From NCBI GenBank assembly GCA_963695825.1, contig CAVOHX010000021.1, forward strand, positions 2,380-66,379: 64,000 nt of DNA. Reading direction: 5' to 3'. Made by a program: the position numbers and the translations under genes. Positions 17,454 to 29,647 of this stretch are shown here, one piece after another. A model generated the notes under the pieces. That model had not been told where the DNA came from. It ran no database searches and was given only the letters and a program-made list of their open reading frames with translations. Numbering within the stretch: position 1 is the first letter of the stretch; each line of letters starts with the position of its first letter. This DNA comes from an uncultured Chloroflexia bacterium. Lineage in GTDB: Bacteria > Chloroflexota > Anaerolineae > Promineifilales > UBA4811.

Positions 17454-20400
17454 TGTCGAGCAAACAGTATCCCCATAAAGGTCGCGTGGGCCTGGTCGCC
17501 AGCGTTGCGCTGTCGGCCGTGGCGCTGCTGGCGTTGTGCGTCCTGCTGAGCGACGCCGCCCCGACCCCGGCGGCCGACGCCGGACTCTGGATCACGGCCG
17601 CCTCGCCCACCGGCGGCGCCGGCGCGCCGTTCGACGCGGTCGAGATCGTCTTTAGCGAGTCGGTCATGACCGGCACTTTTACCCTGGACGACGTGACCGT
17701 CGGCGGGCCGGGCGGACCCATCACCCCGGCCGGTCTGACCCAACTGGCGGCCGATCGCTACCTGCTCGACCTGGCAGGCCAAACGGGCTTGAATACCTAC
17801 TCGCTCAGCGTCGGGACTGACGTCCTCGACCTGGACGGCGGCGCGCTGGACCAGGACCACGATGGCGTGCCGGGCGAGTTCGAGGACCGCTACGTCGCGG
17901 CGCTCTTTGGCGCCGGGGCGGTCATCACCGGGACCCAGACCACCTACGAGGGACAGCACCTGGTGATCCATGGCGACGATTCGACCATCGACGGCAGCCA
18001 CGCGTTTGGGAGCCTCGCCCTCCTGGGCGGCGCGGCGCTGGCCCACTCGACCACCACGGCGGATACCGAGTACCGGCTGGAGCTGGTCCTCACCGACACG
18101 TTGCACATCGACGCGGCGTCGCGGATCGACGTCAGCGGCCTGGGGTACCGGCCCGGCCGCACCCTGGGCAACACGACCATCGGGGCGGCGGTCGAGTATG
18201 CCGGAGGCAGTTACGGTGGGTACGGCGCGGTCGTCGGCTCGGGAGCCACCAACGCCGCCTATGGCGATTACCGTGACCCGGACGAACTGGGGTCGGGCGG
18301 CGCCGTCAGCCTTGGTAGCACGTCGGCCGGGGGTGGATTGGTGCGCATCACCGCCGGCGACGCGGTGGTCGAGGGCCAGATTCTGGCTAACGCCGGCCTG
18401 CTCACCGCCTGGGGGCGGACCGGCAGCGGGGGCGGGGTGCTGCTCCGCGTCGGCGCCCTGAGCGGAAATGGTTTCATCGCCGCCGATGGCGGCGAATGTC
18501 CCACCAGTGCGTTTGCCAACAGCCAGGGGGGCGGGGGCGGCCGGGTGGCGGTCTATTACGACGCCCTGGCGGGATTTGATCTGACCCACGTGACCGCCTG
18601 GGGCGGCCGCGGCGACGCCACCGACGCGGTGGGCGGCGCCGGGTCGGTCTACCTGAAGCGAAACGGCGGCGAGGGCCGCCTGGTCATCCGCAACCGGGGG
18701 GTGTCGGCCGACGCCACCACCCCCCTCGGCGTGGCGGCCGATTCGGTGTTCGTGGTGGACCACCTAATCATCAGCGGCACCAACGCGGTGGTCGTGCCCG
18801 AGCACGACCTGCTCATCCGGGCGGAGAACGTCACCGTGCAGTACAGTGCCACCCTGAGCCACAAACCGGCGACCGCCGACGACGAGTATGCGCTCCGGCT
18901 GGCGGTCACCGACACGCTGCACGTCGCCGCGACCGGCCGGATTGACGTGACGGCCAAGGGGTACCTGCCCGGCCGCACGCTGGGCAACACGCCGACCGGC
19001 GCCTCCTATTCGCTCGCTGGCGGCAGCTATGGCGGATACGGCGCGGTGGGCAGCTCTTCTGGCACCAACGCGGTCTATGGCGACTATCGGAACCCGGACG
19101 AGCTGGGGTCCGGGTCCGGCTCGGAGGCCTGGTACAGCGCATCGACCGGCGGCGGGCTGGTGCGGATCACGGCCGGGACCGCGGCCGTGGACGGTGAGAT
19201 CGTCGCCGACGGCAGCGCGGGTCCGGCCGAGCGCGGGATGCGCGGCAGCGGCGGCGGGGTGCTCCTCGACGTGGGGACGCTCTCGGGCGCTGGCTCGATC
19301 TCGGCCCACGGCGGCGACATCCTCACCAACTATGGCTGGGGCGGGGGCGGGGGCCGGGTGGCGGTCTATTACGACACGCTGGCGGGTTTCGACCTCTCCC
19401 GCGTCACCGCTCGCGGCGGTCACGACAACGGCACGGTGGAGCCGGCCGCCGCCGGGACGGTCTACCTGAAGCAAAACGGCGGCGAGGGGCGGCTGGTGAT
19501 TCAGAACCAGGGCCCGGCGACCACCGTCTACACGCCGTTGGGGCTTCCCGCGGATACGACCTTCCTCGTCGATCACCTGGTGGTCAGCGGCGCCAACTCC
19601 ATCGCTGCGCCCGAGCACAACCTGCCGGTCGAAGCCCAGAACGTGACCGTGGAATTGGGCGGCACCCTCACCCACCGACCGGCGACGGCCGACGACGCGT
19701 TCTCGCTGCGGATGACGATCAGCGACACGCTGCACGTCGCCGCGACCGGCCGGATTGACGTGACGGCCAAGGGGTACCTGCCCGGCCGCACGCTGGGCAA
19801 CACGCCGACTGGCGCCGCCTATTCAAACGCAGGCGGCAGTTATGGCGGTTATGGGCCGGTGGTCGGCTCTTCGGCCGGCACCAATGCGGTCTATGGCGAC
19901 TATCGGAACCCGGACGAGCTGGGGTCCGGGTCCGGCTCGGAGGCCTGGTACAGCGGTTCGGCCGGCGGCGGGCTGGTGCGGATCGCGGCCGGGGCCGCGG
20001 TCCTGGACGGTGAGATCATCGCCGACGGCAGCGCGGGTCCGGCCGAGCGCGGGATGCGGGGCAGCGGCGGCGGGGTGCTGCTCGACGTGGGCCAACTCTC
20101 CGGCGCCGGCTCGGTCTCGGCCAACGGCGGCGACCTCCTCGCCAGCTATGGCTGGGGCGGCGGCGGCGGCCGGGTGGCGGTCTATTACGACGCGCTCGCG
20201 GGTTTCGACCTCTCCCGCGTCACCGCCCGCGGCGGACACGACACCGGCACGGTTGAGCCGGCCGCCGCCGGGACGGTCTACCTGAAGCAGAACGGCGGCG
20301 AGGGGCGATTGGTGATCGAGAACCAGGGCCCGGCGACCACCGTCTACACGCCGCTGGGGCTTCCCGCGGATACGACCTTCCTCGTCGATCACCTGGTGGT

Positions 20401-23400
20401 CAGCGGCGCCAACTCCATCGCTGCGCCCGAGCACAACCTGCCGGTCGAAGCGCAAAACGTGACCGTGGAACTGAGCGGCACCCTCACCCACCGGCCGGCG
20501 TCTGTCAGCGAGGAGTTCTCGCTGCGGATGACGATCAGCGACACGCTGACTGTCGCCGCGACCGGCCGGATCGATGTCTCGGGCAAGGGGTACGCCGTCG
20601 GCCGCACCCTGGGCAACACCCGGATCGGCGCCGCCGTCTCCCTGGCGGGCGGCAGTCACGGCGGCCGGGGCGCGACCGGCTCCTCGGCTCAGACCAACCT
20701 GACCTACGGCGACCCCCGAAACCCCAACGACCTGGGGTCGGGGTCCGGCTCGGAGGCCTGGTACAGCGCCTCGACCGGCGGCGGGCTGGTGCGGATCATC
20801 GCCCGGACCGCGGTGGTAGACGGTCAGATTCTTGCTGACGGTAGCGACGGGGCGGCCGAGCGCGGCATGCGCGGCAGCGGCGGTGGGGTGCTGATCAACA
20901 CCGGGACCCTATCCGGCGCGGGTTTTATCTCTGCCGGCGGCGGCGACCTCCTCTCCAGTTATGGCTGGGGGGGCGGCGGCGGCCGGGTGGCGGTCTATAC
21001 CTGGGACGCGCTGGCATTGCCGGCGGGCAACATCACCGCCAACGGCGGCCTGGGCAGCAGCGGGAACGGCGAGGCCGGTTCGGTCTACCTGGGCGACGAG
21101 CCGTTGCTGTTGTGGACCGACCCGCCCGCCCCGCTCTTTCACGGGACCGAGTGGGTCGGTTGGATCCCCTTTGGCCTCGATCCCGACCTCCACACCGTCG
21201 ATCTGCAGGTGTGCGGCGGCGGCGTTTGCACCCCACTGGGTCTTGATCTGCCCGGCTGGGGCGGGGCCGCCTGGGACACGGCCTCCGACGGGCGACGGCC
21301 GGTACCAACTGCGGGCGACCTTTAACGACGGAACCCGGCAGGTTGCCGGCGAGTTGACCCGCGAGGTGCTGGTCAAAAACGCGGCCGCCTGGCACGCCGG
21401 CCTTCTGGCGGCCGACGAGGTCTGGTCGGCCGACCAGGTCCACGTGGTCGAGGGGAACGTGGTGGTCCCGGCCGGGGTCACGCTCTCTGTCGAACCGGGG
21501 GCGGTGGTCAAATTCGCCCCCGAGACGCGGGTCCGGGTGCTGGACAGCGGGGTGTTCACCGCCCCGGCGACGGCCGTTGGGCCCATCGTGTTCACCGCCC
21601 TGGCGGACGACACGGCCGGGGGCGACACCAACCTGGACGGCGGCCGGAGCGTCCCGACCCCCGGCGCCTGGAATGGGATCGAGGTTGAGGGAACCGGCGT
21701 CGCCTACCTGAGCGGCTATGTCTCGGTCCGCTATGCGGTCGCGTTCCACATGGAGAACCTGGGCGGCAGCCAGACCTGGCTGGGGAGCTTTATGCACATC
21801 GTCCGCGACGACGTGGTGGTCCCCTCGGGGGCGACTCTGACGATCGAGCCGGGCGCAATCGTCAAGTTCGAGCCGCTGCGCAGGCTCACGATCTCGGCCG
21901 GCGCGACGTTATCCGCGCAGGGTAACCTGGCTCAGCCGGTGGTGTTTACCTCCATCCGCGACGACTCGGTCGGCGGGGACACCAACCGGGACGGCGATTC
22001 GACCGTTCCCGCGCCCGGCGATTGGGACGGGGTATACATAAGCGGATGGGCGACCCTGGATCACACCCGCTTTACCTACGGCGCCAGCGGGCCGTCGGGC
22101 AGCGGCGGCGCGTCGTACGGGATGGTGATCGGCAACTCGAGCGCCGTGGTGACCCTCTCTAACAGCGTGGTGCGCGACGGTCTGGCGCAGGGGACCGGCG
22201 GCTGGGGCGCGGCCGACATGACCATCACCAACACGGTCATCGCGCGGGTGGAGCGCGCCGCCACCTCGGACGGGGGCTCCCTGGTCCGGCTGACCAACTG
22301 CACCCTGGACGACAACACCGTCGGACTCTGGTCCCATGGCGGAAGCTGGGAGGTGGTCAACACGATCATCGCCAACAGCAGCGACCAGGGGGTCACCGGG
22401 GCACCGGGTGTGTTTCGCTACAACAACGTCTGGTCCCCCTCGGGCGACAACTACCTGCCCGGGGTGGACGGCAACCTCTCAGAGGACCCGCGCTTCAAGG
22501 ACGCCGCCGACGGCAACTACCGGCTCCGGTACATGAGCGCGATGATCGACGCCGCCGACGGCGCGGCCGCTCCGGCGACCGATTACTGGGGCGCGCCGCG
22601 TTACGACGACCCGCGCACGCCCAACACCGGCGTCCCCACGCCGGGCGGCGCCTATGCAGACATGGGCGCGTTCGAGTTTGTCGAAACCGCGGACTCGGCC
22701 ATCGACCTTGCCGTCACCTCGGTGACCGGCCCGGCGGCGGTCACCGCCGGCGGAACGGTCCAGGTTTTCTGGACCATCGCCAACCTGGGCAGCGAAGCGG
22801 CCGTCGGACCCTGGCGCGACACGGTTTATCTGCTGCGAGCCGGGCAACTGACCGCCGGCCGCGCGCTGGTGGGCCAGAACGCCATCCTGGGACCCGGCGA
22901 AAGCCTGCAGGCGAGCGCCTGGGTGCGGGTTCCCGGCGGCGTGATCGGCGACTATCACTGGCAGGTGGGGACCAACACCGGCGGCGAGGTCTTTGAGGGG
23001 CAGAACCGGGCCAACAACCTGGGCGCCTCTCTGGAAACCGTCCGACTCGATCTGCCCGAGCTGGTCATCGGCGGTCCACCGGCCCTGGGGCAGTTCACCG
23101 TTCCGGCCGAGGACCACTGGTACCGCTTCACCCCGGCCGCCGGGCAGGACGTGGTAGTCGAGCTGGACCGGGATAGCGCATCGGGCGCCAGCGAGCTCTA
23201 CCTGGCGCGCGGGTACATGCCCTCCCGAACCGAGTTCGACGCCCGCTCCACCGCCTGGAACAGCCCAGACGTGAGCGTCGTGGCGGCCGATACCCTGACC
23301 CAGACCTACTATGTGCTGGTCCACGCTCGCACCTTGCCGGGCGGAGCGACCAACTACCAGATCGAGGCGCGCGCCATGTCCCTGAGCCTGGCTGGCGTGG

Positions 23401-26400
23401 ACCCGACATCGGCCGGCAACGCCGGTCCGGTGACCCTCGAGGTCCGGGGCGAGCTGCTGGCGGCGGATATGGAATACGCGCTCCTCTCGCCCGGCGGGAC
23501 CCCCTACGTGGCGACCGAGGTATATCTGGCGGACGCCACATTGGCCTATCCCACCTTTGACCTGGCCGACGCGCCCGAGGGTCTCTACGACCTGCGGGTG
23601 ACGACCGGCGGCGGGACGACGCGAACCCTGGAGGACGCGCTGCTGGTCGAGGCGGGCAGCGGGCCGCTGCTGGTGGCCCAGGTGCAGATGCCCAACCGGG
23701 TGCGCGCCTGGCCGCGAGTTCGACGGTCAGATCGTCTATCACAACGCTGGGGACGCCGACCTGACGGCCCCCATCCTGATCCTCTCCAGCGCCGGCCGCG
23801 CCGGCCTGCGGCTGGACAGCACGGAGCCCTTCACCACCACCGACCTGCATCTGATCGCGGCCGGGTTCGACGGGCCGGCCGGCGTTTTGCGGCCGGGGCA
23901 GAGCGGCCTGATCGGGTTCTCGGTCCTGGCGGACACCGCCGGACACGTGCCGGTGCGCCTGTATCACAAGGCGGCCGGCTCGGCCGACCTGGCTGATTGG
24001 CCGGCGATCGAGTTGCTGGTGCGGCCGGCGGCGGCCGACCCGCTCACCTGGGACCCCATCTGGGCCCAGTTCACAACCCAGGCCGGCCCCACCTGGGGCG
24101 GGTACGTCCGGCTCATGGCGGACGCCGCGGACCAGGTCAGGGCGCGAAGCGGCCGTTTTTATTCGGCCCGCGACGTTTTCGCATCCTACATCCTGGAGCT
24201 ATTCGGCCAGTCGTACGACAATCTGCGGGGCCTCGTTTACCTGCAGGATACGGAACATCCGCTTGCGGGCGCCACGGTCTGGCTCACGTCCGTCGATAAC
24301 CCGAGCGCGCTCGCGGTGGAGACGAAACCCGATGGCTCCTTCTCCGAGCTGATCCCGGCCGGGACCTACACCGTCACCGTGCTCGACTACCTGCTCCAAG
24401 ACGAGGTGGTCGCTATCGTGCCGGCGACCGGCGGGGTGGATCTCGACCTGGTCGTCACCGAGGGCGGCCGGATCGGCGGCCTGGTCGCCGACGGGGCCGG
24501 GAACCACCCGGTGGCGGAGGTCGTGGTGGCGGTCACCGACGCCTCCGGCCGGACCACGCTGACCCGGTCTGACGTTGACGGCCGCTACCAGTTCGGCGGC
24601 CTGCCGGCCGGCGACTATGCCATCGGGACCGCCGACCCAACCTGGGCGCCGCTCGAGGCGCTCCGCGTGGCGGTGAGCAGCGGGCAAACCCACGACGGGA
24701 TCGACCTGCTTCTGGTCGCCGGCCGCGTCCGTGCAGGGGTGGGTGGTCCGCGCGGCCGACGGTACCCCCATCTCGGACACCCTGGTGGTGTTGCAGGATC
24801 GAGACGGCTGGGTCGCGGCCGGCCTGACCGACGCAAACGGCGAGTACATGGTTCAGGGTCTCGGCCGGCCCCCACGAGGCGCGCTACACGGTCGCCGGGT
24901 ACGCGCCCGGCCTGCGCGACGGTCTGTCGCTGTCGCCGGGGCTGACCGCCTCTCTGCCCACCATCTCGATGACCCAGGGGTCGAGCATCCAGGTTACGGC
25001 CGTCGAGCCAGGCGGCGGCGCGCCCATCGAAGAGGCGGCCGTGTTCCTGGCGGACTGGGCGACCGGGGAACCGGCCGCCCTGGGGGCGACCGACGCCGCC
25101 GGGCAAACGGTTCTGACCGACCTGAGCGCCGGCAGCTACCTGCTGCGAACCTCCATCCCCGACCGCTGGGTGGCGACCGACGTGATCACCCTTGGGGTCA
25201 ACGAGGTGGTCCAGCGCAGTTACGAGCTTTACTCGGCCGGGTTGGTCACCGGCACGGTGACCGGCGCCGGCGGCGCGCCGCTCGCGAACGTGCCGGTCCA
25301 GGCCTCCCACACCGATGGCTCTCTCTATCTCGCGTTCACCGACGAGACCGGCACCTACGCCCTCGAGGAGCTGCCGCCCGGCTCGTACGCCGTCTCGTTG
25401 TGGGGCGGCCGCGACCGGGTTGACTTGGAGGTGATGACCTCCACCTGGCAGCACGTCGCGCCGTTCGCGCCCACGGGCGTCATCGTCGAGGGGCGGGTGG
25501 TTGGGAGCGGCGGCGGTCCCCTGACCGACGTCGCCGCCGTCGTGCTGTTCAAGGACGGCCAAGCGGTCCACTCGGCCACGACGGACGAGAACGACAACTA
25601 CCGGTTCGTCGCCGTCACCCCCGGCGTCTACGAGTTGGCGGCCGCCAACCCGGCCGGGATCACCCCCTTCCAAGGGGTGACCGTCGCCGGCGTCGACCTG
25701 CTGGTCCCCGACCTCTGGCTGGGCGGGCATAGCTACGGCGGGTCGGTGGCAGACGGCGGCGGCGCGTCGCTCGCCGAGGCCGTCGTGAGTTTGATCCCCC
25801 TGAACCTGACGGCCGAGGAGCTGACCGGCTACCTCTACCGTCAGACGGCGACCGACGGGCTGTTCCAGTTCGACGGCTTGACCGAGGGGCAGTACACCCT
25901 GCGGGTGGCGCGGCCCGGGTACGCCATCCACCGGCAGACGGTGACGGTGGGCCCCGGCGGCCGCAGCCGTCAGGACGTGACACTCGGCCCGGGGCAGACG
26001 ATCAGCGGCCTGGTGCGCTCGATCGCCTCCGGCCAACCGGTCGGCGGGGCGTTCGTGATTGCCTATGACGCCGCGGCCGGCGACTTGATGGGAATCGTCG
26101 CGAGCGACCCGCTGGGCGCCTATGTCCTGGCGGACCTGCCCGACGGGACCTACGACCTGGTCGCGGTGCACGCCGGTTACCGGCAGGCGATCGCGGCCGG
26201 GTTGGTGGTCCAGGGCGGGTCGCTGGTACGGGACCTGAACCTGGCGCCCGCCAACACCGGCCTGGAGGGGACGGTGCGGGACGACGTTGGCCGGCCGATC
26301 TCAGGGGCGCTGGTCTGGGCCGCCGACAGCCGGGGGCGAGAGATTGCCTCCCGTTTCACGGACCACGACGGCGGGTACCATTTCGACGAATTACCGGCCG

Positions 26401-28279
26401 GGACGTACACGGTCCTGGCGCGTGCGGCCGGGTTTATCCCGACGCAGGCGGCCGGGATCTATCTGGCAGACGGAACTACGGTCGGCGGGATCGATCTGAC
26501 CCTGCTCCCCGGCGGCCTCGGCGTCCAGCCCCAGTTGGCAGGCATCCTCAACGGCATGCCCGACGCCCAGGAGGTCGAGTCCCTCTTTTGGGCCAACGTC
26601 GCCTACCAGGTCTACTCGTATCTCAAGAGCCAGGTGATCGAGCCGCAACGCGAGCCGGGCGACATGCCCGGCGGCCCGCCGGTGCCCCAACCCGAATGCC
26701 CCGAGGCGCGGGACGCCTTTTTCCGCGCCCTGGACGCCCTGTCGTACAAAGAGAGCGCCTGGGATCGCTGGTTGGCCAACTATCGCAACTATGACCGGGC
26801 CTTGGGCTCGGCGGCGTGGACCTTTGGCTGGGAGGCGGCCGACCTGGCAGCCAGCATCGCCGGGCTGCAGGCCCAGGCGGGCGCCGCCCTGATGCAGGCC
26901 TATCCCGGCGTGTACGCGTTTACCCAGGCGGCGCCTCTGCTGGCGAATCTCGGCGGCATGATGGACGGCTTGATCAGCGCGGTGCAAAACGGGAACATGA
27001 GCGGGCAAGAGCTGGTCGATTTCCTGTCCAGCACCTTTGACAGCTTTTTTTCGATCCAATCGCAGGGCATCGGCCTGATGAACCTCTACCTGGCCCTGAC
27101 CACCAACCAGACCGCCATGGGGCTGGCCTCCAACATCGCCGGCTATGTCTCGGTCGCCGCCAAGGCGATCAAGACGCTGGTGCACACGATCCAGAGCTTT
27201 CAGGCCATCATCGCGGCCGCCGACGGGATGGTCCAGGGGCGGGAGGAATACCTGGACGCCTGGAAGAAATTCCAGGCGGCGCTGCGGGCGCTCGAGGCGG
27301 CCAACGACGCCTGCGACGATGACGATGACGACAAAGAGCCGGAGGATAATCCCAATCCGGACAACCCGGTCCCCACCGACGAGGTGGACCTGGACGTGAT
27401 CACCTCCGGGGACCCCAACGACAAGCTGACCGTCGGGCTGGGGAGCGAGGGTTGGGTCGGCGGCGACGCCTCCATCCTGTACGTCATCCGGTTCGAGAAC
27501 GTGCCCACCGCCACCGCCCCGGCGCAGCAGGTGTTCATCACCGACGTGCTGGACGCAGACCTCGACTGGTCGAGCCTCGAGCTGGTGTCGGTCGCCTTTA
27601 ATCAGGTTTACCTGACGGCGCCGCCGGGTATGGATCACTATGAAGGGTGGGCGACGGTGACGACCGATCCCAACCCGGTCCACGTGCAGGCGAGCCTCGA
27701 CCCGGACACCGGGGTCCTCACCTGGATCATGGAATCGGTGGACCCGATCACCGGCGAGCTGCCCGAGGACCCGATCGCCGGGTTCCTGCCGCCCAACGAC
27801 ACGGAGAACCGGGGGCAGGGGTACGTCAGTTTCCGGGTACGGCCGTCGCCGGCGCTGACCGATGGCGTCCCCCTGTACAACCAGGCAACCATCGTCTTTG
27901 ACGTGAACGAGCCGATCGAGACCAACGTCGTGACCAACACCCTCGACAGTCTGCCGCCGATCAGCGCCGTCGAGCCGCTATCCGCCACCAGCCCGATCAG
28001 CTTTACCGTGCGCTGGTCGGGCGAGCGACGCGGCCGGGTCGGGGATAGCCCGCTATCATGTCCTACGTCTCGGTGGACAACGGCCGGTACGCCCTCTGGC
28101 AGACGGCGGTGACCGAGACGCTGGCAATCTACTGGGGCGTTCCCGGTCACACGTACGCGTTCTACAGCGTGGCGGTGGACCGGGTGGGCAACGTCGAGCC
28201 GCCGCCGGCCGTGCCGGACGCGGTTACAACCGTGGCGGCCGGATACGACATCTATCTGCCGATGGTGTTCAAAGAGTAG
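17453..28279 (+). CDS. giant secreted/surface protein (~3600 aa): Ig-like, 4 Gly-rich repeats, beta-helix, CARDB, PPC-like, carboxypeptidase-regulatory-like repeats, DPNDK domain, C-terminal YLPMV motif; several frameshifts
   Basis: Signal peptide. Consecutive ORFs 17450-21325, 20961-23996, 23887-24945, 24731-25423, 24969-28112 and 28058-28279 join into one domain series. Motifs GGGGGRVAVY, DPRF...AMIDA...DMGAFE, DLAVTSV, TDxxGxY, SGDPNDK, YAFYSVAVDRVGNVE and DIYLPMVFKE*. Confidence 0.8.
18095..21090 (+). repeat. four intragenic ~815-bp (~272 aa) Gly-rich repeats
   Basis: Units start at ~18095, 18911, 19724 and 20540 (DTL.V..TGRIDV..KGY..GRTLGNT). Units 2 and 3 are nearly identical at DNA level. 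Confidence 0.88.
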
Positions 28280-28302
28280 CCCATCAGACAAACCCACGCG
28301 GC

Positions 28303-28535
28303 GTAGGGGCGAGGCAGGCCGGTGCTCAACTTGGAGAAAGCTGAGCACCCCATTCCGGCCTGCCTCGCCCCCATCCCGCGCCGACTCCCAAGCCCCGTCC
28401 ACGGGGCGTGGGTGCGGAATAGCCGCCCGAGGACGGGCTGTGGAGCGAGTGGGAGGGCTGGTGAGCGAAATGAAACCACGCTCTTAAGCCCCGTCCGCGG
28501 GGCGTGGATGCGGCCGAGCCGCCCGAGAACGGGCC
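28303..28535. repeat. REP-like palindrome cluster
   Basis: GTAGGGGCGAGGCAGGCCGG...CCGGCCTGCCTCGCCCC hairpin. Two copies of AAGCCCCGTCC(A/G)CGGGGCGTGG..GCGG....GCCGCCCGAG(G/A)ACGGGC. Confidence 0.7.
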
Positions 28536-28665
28536 GGCGAGCGGAATGGACCGCCCGGGGACGGGCAGGTGAGCAGAGTGGACGGGCTGGCGAGCACTCT
28601 GTCAGGGACGGGCAGATGAGGAGAATGGATGGGCTGCCACGCGGGAGGCGTGGGTGCGACGCCGG

Positions 28666-29646
28666 CTAGCCGCCTTGATCGCCCACATACTCGAGCACGA
28701 TCAGGCCCTGATGGCCCTCGGCGATGTAGACATATGAACCATCGACGAACAGCTCGTGGGCGCCGTCCACCCGGCCGTACTCGGCAATCTCGACCGGCCG
28801 CGCCGGGTCGCTCACGTCGAACACCTCGATCCCGGTGTTGTCCGAGACGAACAGCAGCTCCCCGACGACCCGCAAACCGAGCGCCTCGCCGCCGTCATCG
28901 TTCTCCAGGACCCGGCCGATGACCCGCGGCGACTCGGGGTCTGACATGCTCAGGATCCGCACACCGTTTCCGTGGCACGCCAGGTAGACGTGCTCGCCAT
29001 CCAGGTGCACGTCCCAGGCGCCGCCGGTGTCGGGCACAGTCCGCAGCCGCCCCGGAGACGCCGGATCGCTCACGTCGATCACCAGCAGCCCCTCGTCCGG
29101 GACCGCCAGGTAGGCGACGTTCCCGTGCACCGCGACTCCCCGCGCATACACGCCGCCCAGAGAGCCGACCCGGACCGGCGCCGCCGGGTCGCCGGCGTCC
29201 ACGATCTCCAGCCCCTCCGAGCCAGCCAGGTAGACATAAGGATCGACAACCGAGAGGCCGGTCGCCAGCCCCGGCCCGTCGTAGACCCCCACCCGGCGTG
29301 GGTTCGATGGGTCGGTGACGTCCGCGATCACTAGGTTGATTTGCCCGGCGACGTGCGCCCGGCCGTCCTGTACGTGGAGGTCGCCGGCATAGCCCATCTC
29401 GAGGAGACCGACCTCTCGCGGCCGGCGGGGCGTCTCTACATTGAACACCAGCACGCCGTCGTTGTTGGCGACGTACGCGTGGTCCGCGCTCACCGCCACC
29501 GCGTACCCGCCGCCCGACTTGACGGCCGTAACCCGGCGCAGCCCAGTCGACCCCTGGCAGGCAGCCAGGTACACAACCAGGCTCGACGCCAGCGTCAGCC
29601 AGAGCCAAAAGGGTCCCGTAGCTGTCCGATTCCGACGTGTTGTCAT
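28666..29646 (-). CDS. LVIVD-repeat lipoprotein (beta-propeller)
   Basis: Lipobox LAAC. Repeats such as AYLA...GLLVIDVSDPASP and GLEIVDAGDPAAP. Confidence 0.88.
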   Translation of the reverse strand: MTTRRNRTATGPFWLWLTLASSLVVYLAACQGSTGLRRVTAVKSGGGYAVAVSADHAYVANNDGVLVFNVETPRRPREVGLLEMGYAGDLHVQDGRAHVAGQINLVIADVTDPSNPRRVGVYDGPGLATGLSVVDPYVYLAGSEGLEIVDAGDPAAPVRVGSLGGVYARGVAVHGNVAYLAVPDEGLLVIDVSDPASPGRLRTVPDTGGAWDVHLDGEHVYLACHGNGVRILSMSDPESPRVIGRVLENDDGGEALGLRVVGELLFVSDNTGIEVFDVSDPARPVEIAEYGRVDGAHELFVDGSYVYIAEGHQGLIVLEYVGDQGG

Positions 29647-29647
29647 G

